64,000 nucleotides of DNA from an uncultured Planctomycetaceae bacterium. GTDB taxonomy: Bacteria; Planctomycetota; Planctomycetia; Isosphaerales; Isosphaeraceae. Every line of letters begins with the position of its first letter. The stretch's first letter is position 1. A program made the position numbers and the translations under genes. The notes under the pieces were generated by a model. The model did no database searches, was not told the DNA's origin, and saw only the letters and a list, made by a program, of their open reading frames with translations. The DNA lies in NCBI GenBank assembly GCA_963833985.1, contig CAWIAD010000002.1, positions 2,208,001-2,272,000 on the forward strand, written 5' to 3'. Of the stretch, positions 63,854 to 64,000 are shown one piece after another.

Positions 63854-64000
63854 AGAATTGGCTTGGTATTCTGTTACCTCGGAATCGTTTGGGCGCGCGT
63901 CACGGCCTGATGAATGACCAGGGGATGAGTGGATCGTCACCACTTCCGTTCAAACTCTTGATGGATGTGCAGATCCGCGATTGTTGAGATGGATCGCCGC

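Overview
GC-rich bacterial DNA, almost certainly from a planctomycete (two DUF1559 prepilin-like genes, an LExRxLL-motif protein, a DUF1573 gene and planctomycete-style TPR and ECF sigma sequences; the lineage is inferred, not searched). The backbone is housekeeping and metabolic: leuS, glgP, prs, a Cu(I) P1B ATPase, a RecQ helicase, lgt-panD-panC, AAA/VWA genes and several hydrolases. Accessory DNA includes: (i) a ~5.7 kb non-autonomous Tn3-family element (21490-27182) with imperfect 38/37-bp inverted repeats, a 5-bp TGATC target duplication, an internally deleted transposase, a tyrosine recombinase and one cargo gene encoding a TIR-STAND NTPase-transmembrane-TPR protein; (ii) a four-gene cassette of DUF1573 lipoprotein, 10-Cys secreted mini-protein, membrane-anchored protein and DUF1559 pilin-like protein; (iii) two toxin-antitoxin loci whose toxins carry nonsense codons; (iv) several gene remnants (ECF sigma joined to WD40, CsoR joined to CopA, an IS630 fragment). 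About a dozen 1-2 bp frameshifts, several in homopolymers, suggest an unpolished long-read assembly, so frameshifts are not treated as biological unless stated. No rRNA, tRNA or CRISPR array was seen. All family calls come from motif recognition by eye, not database searches.
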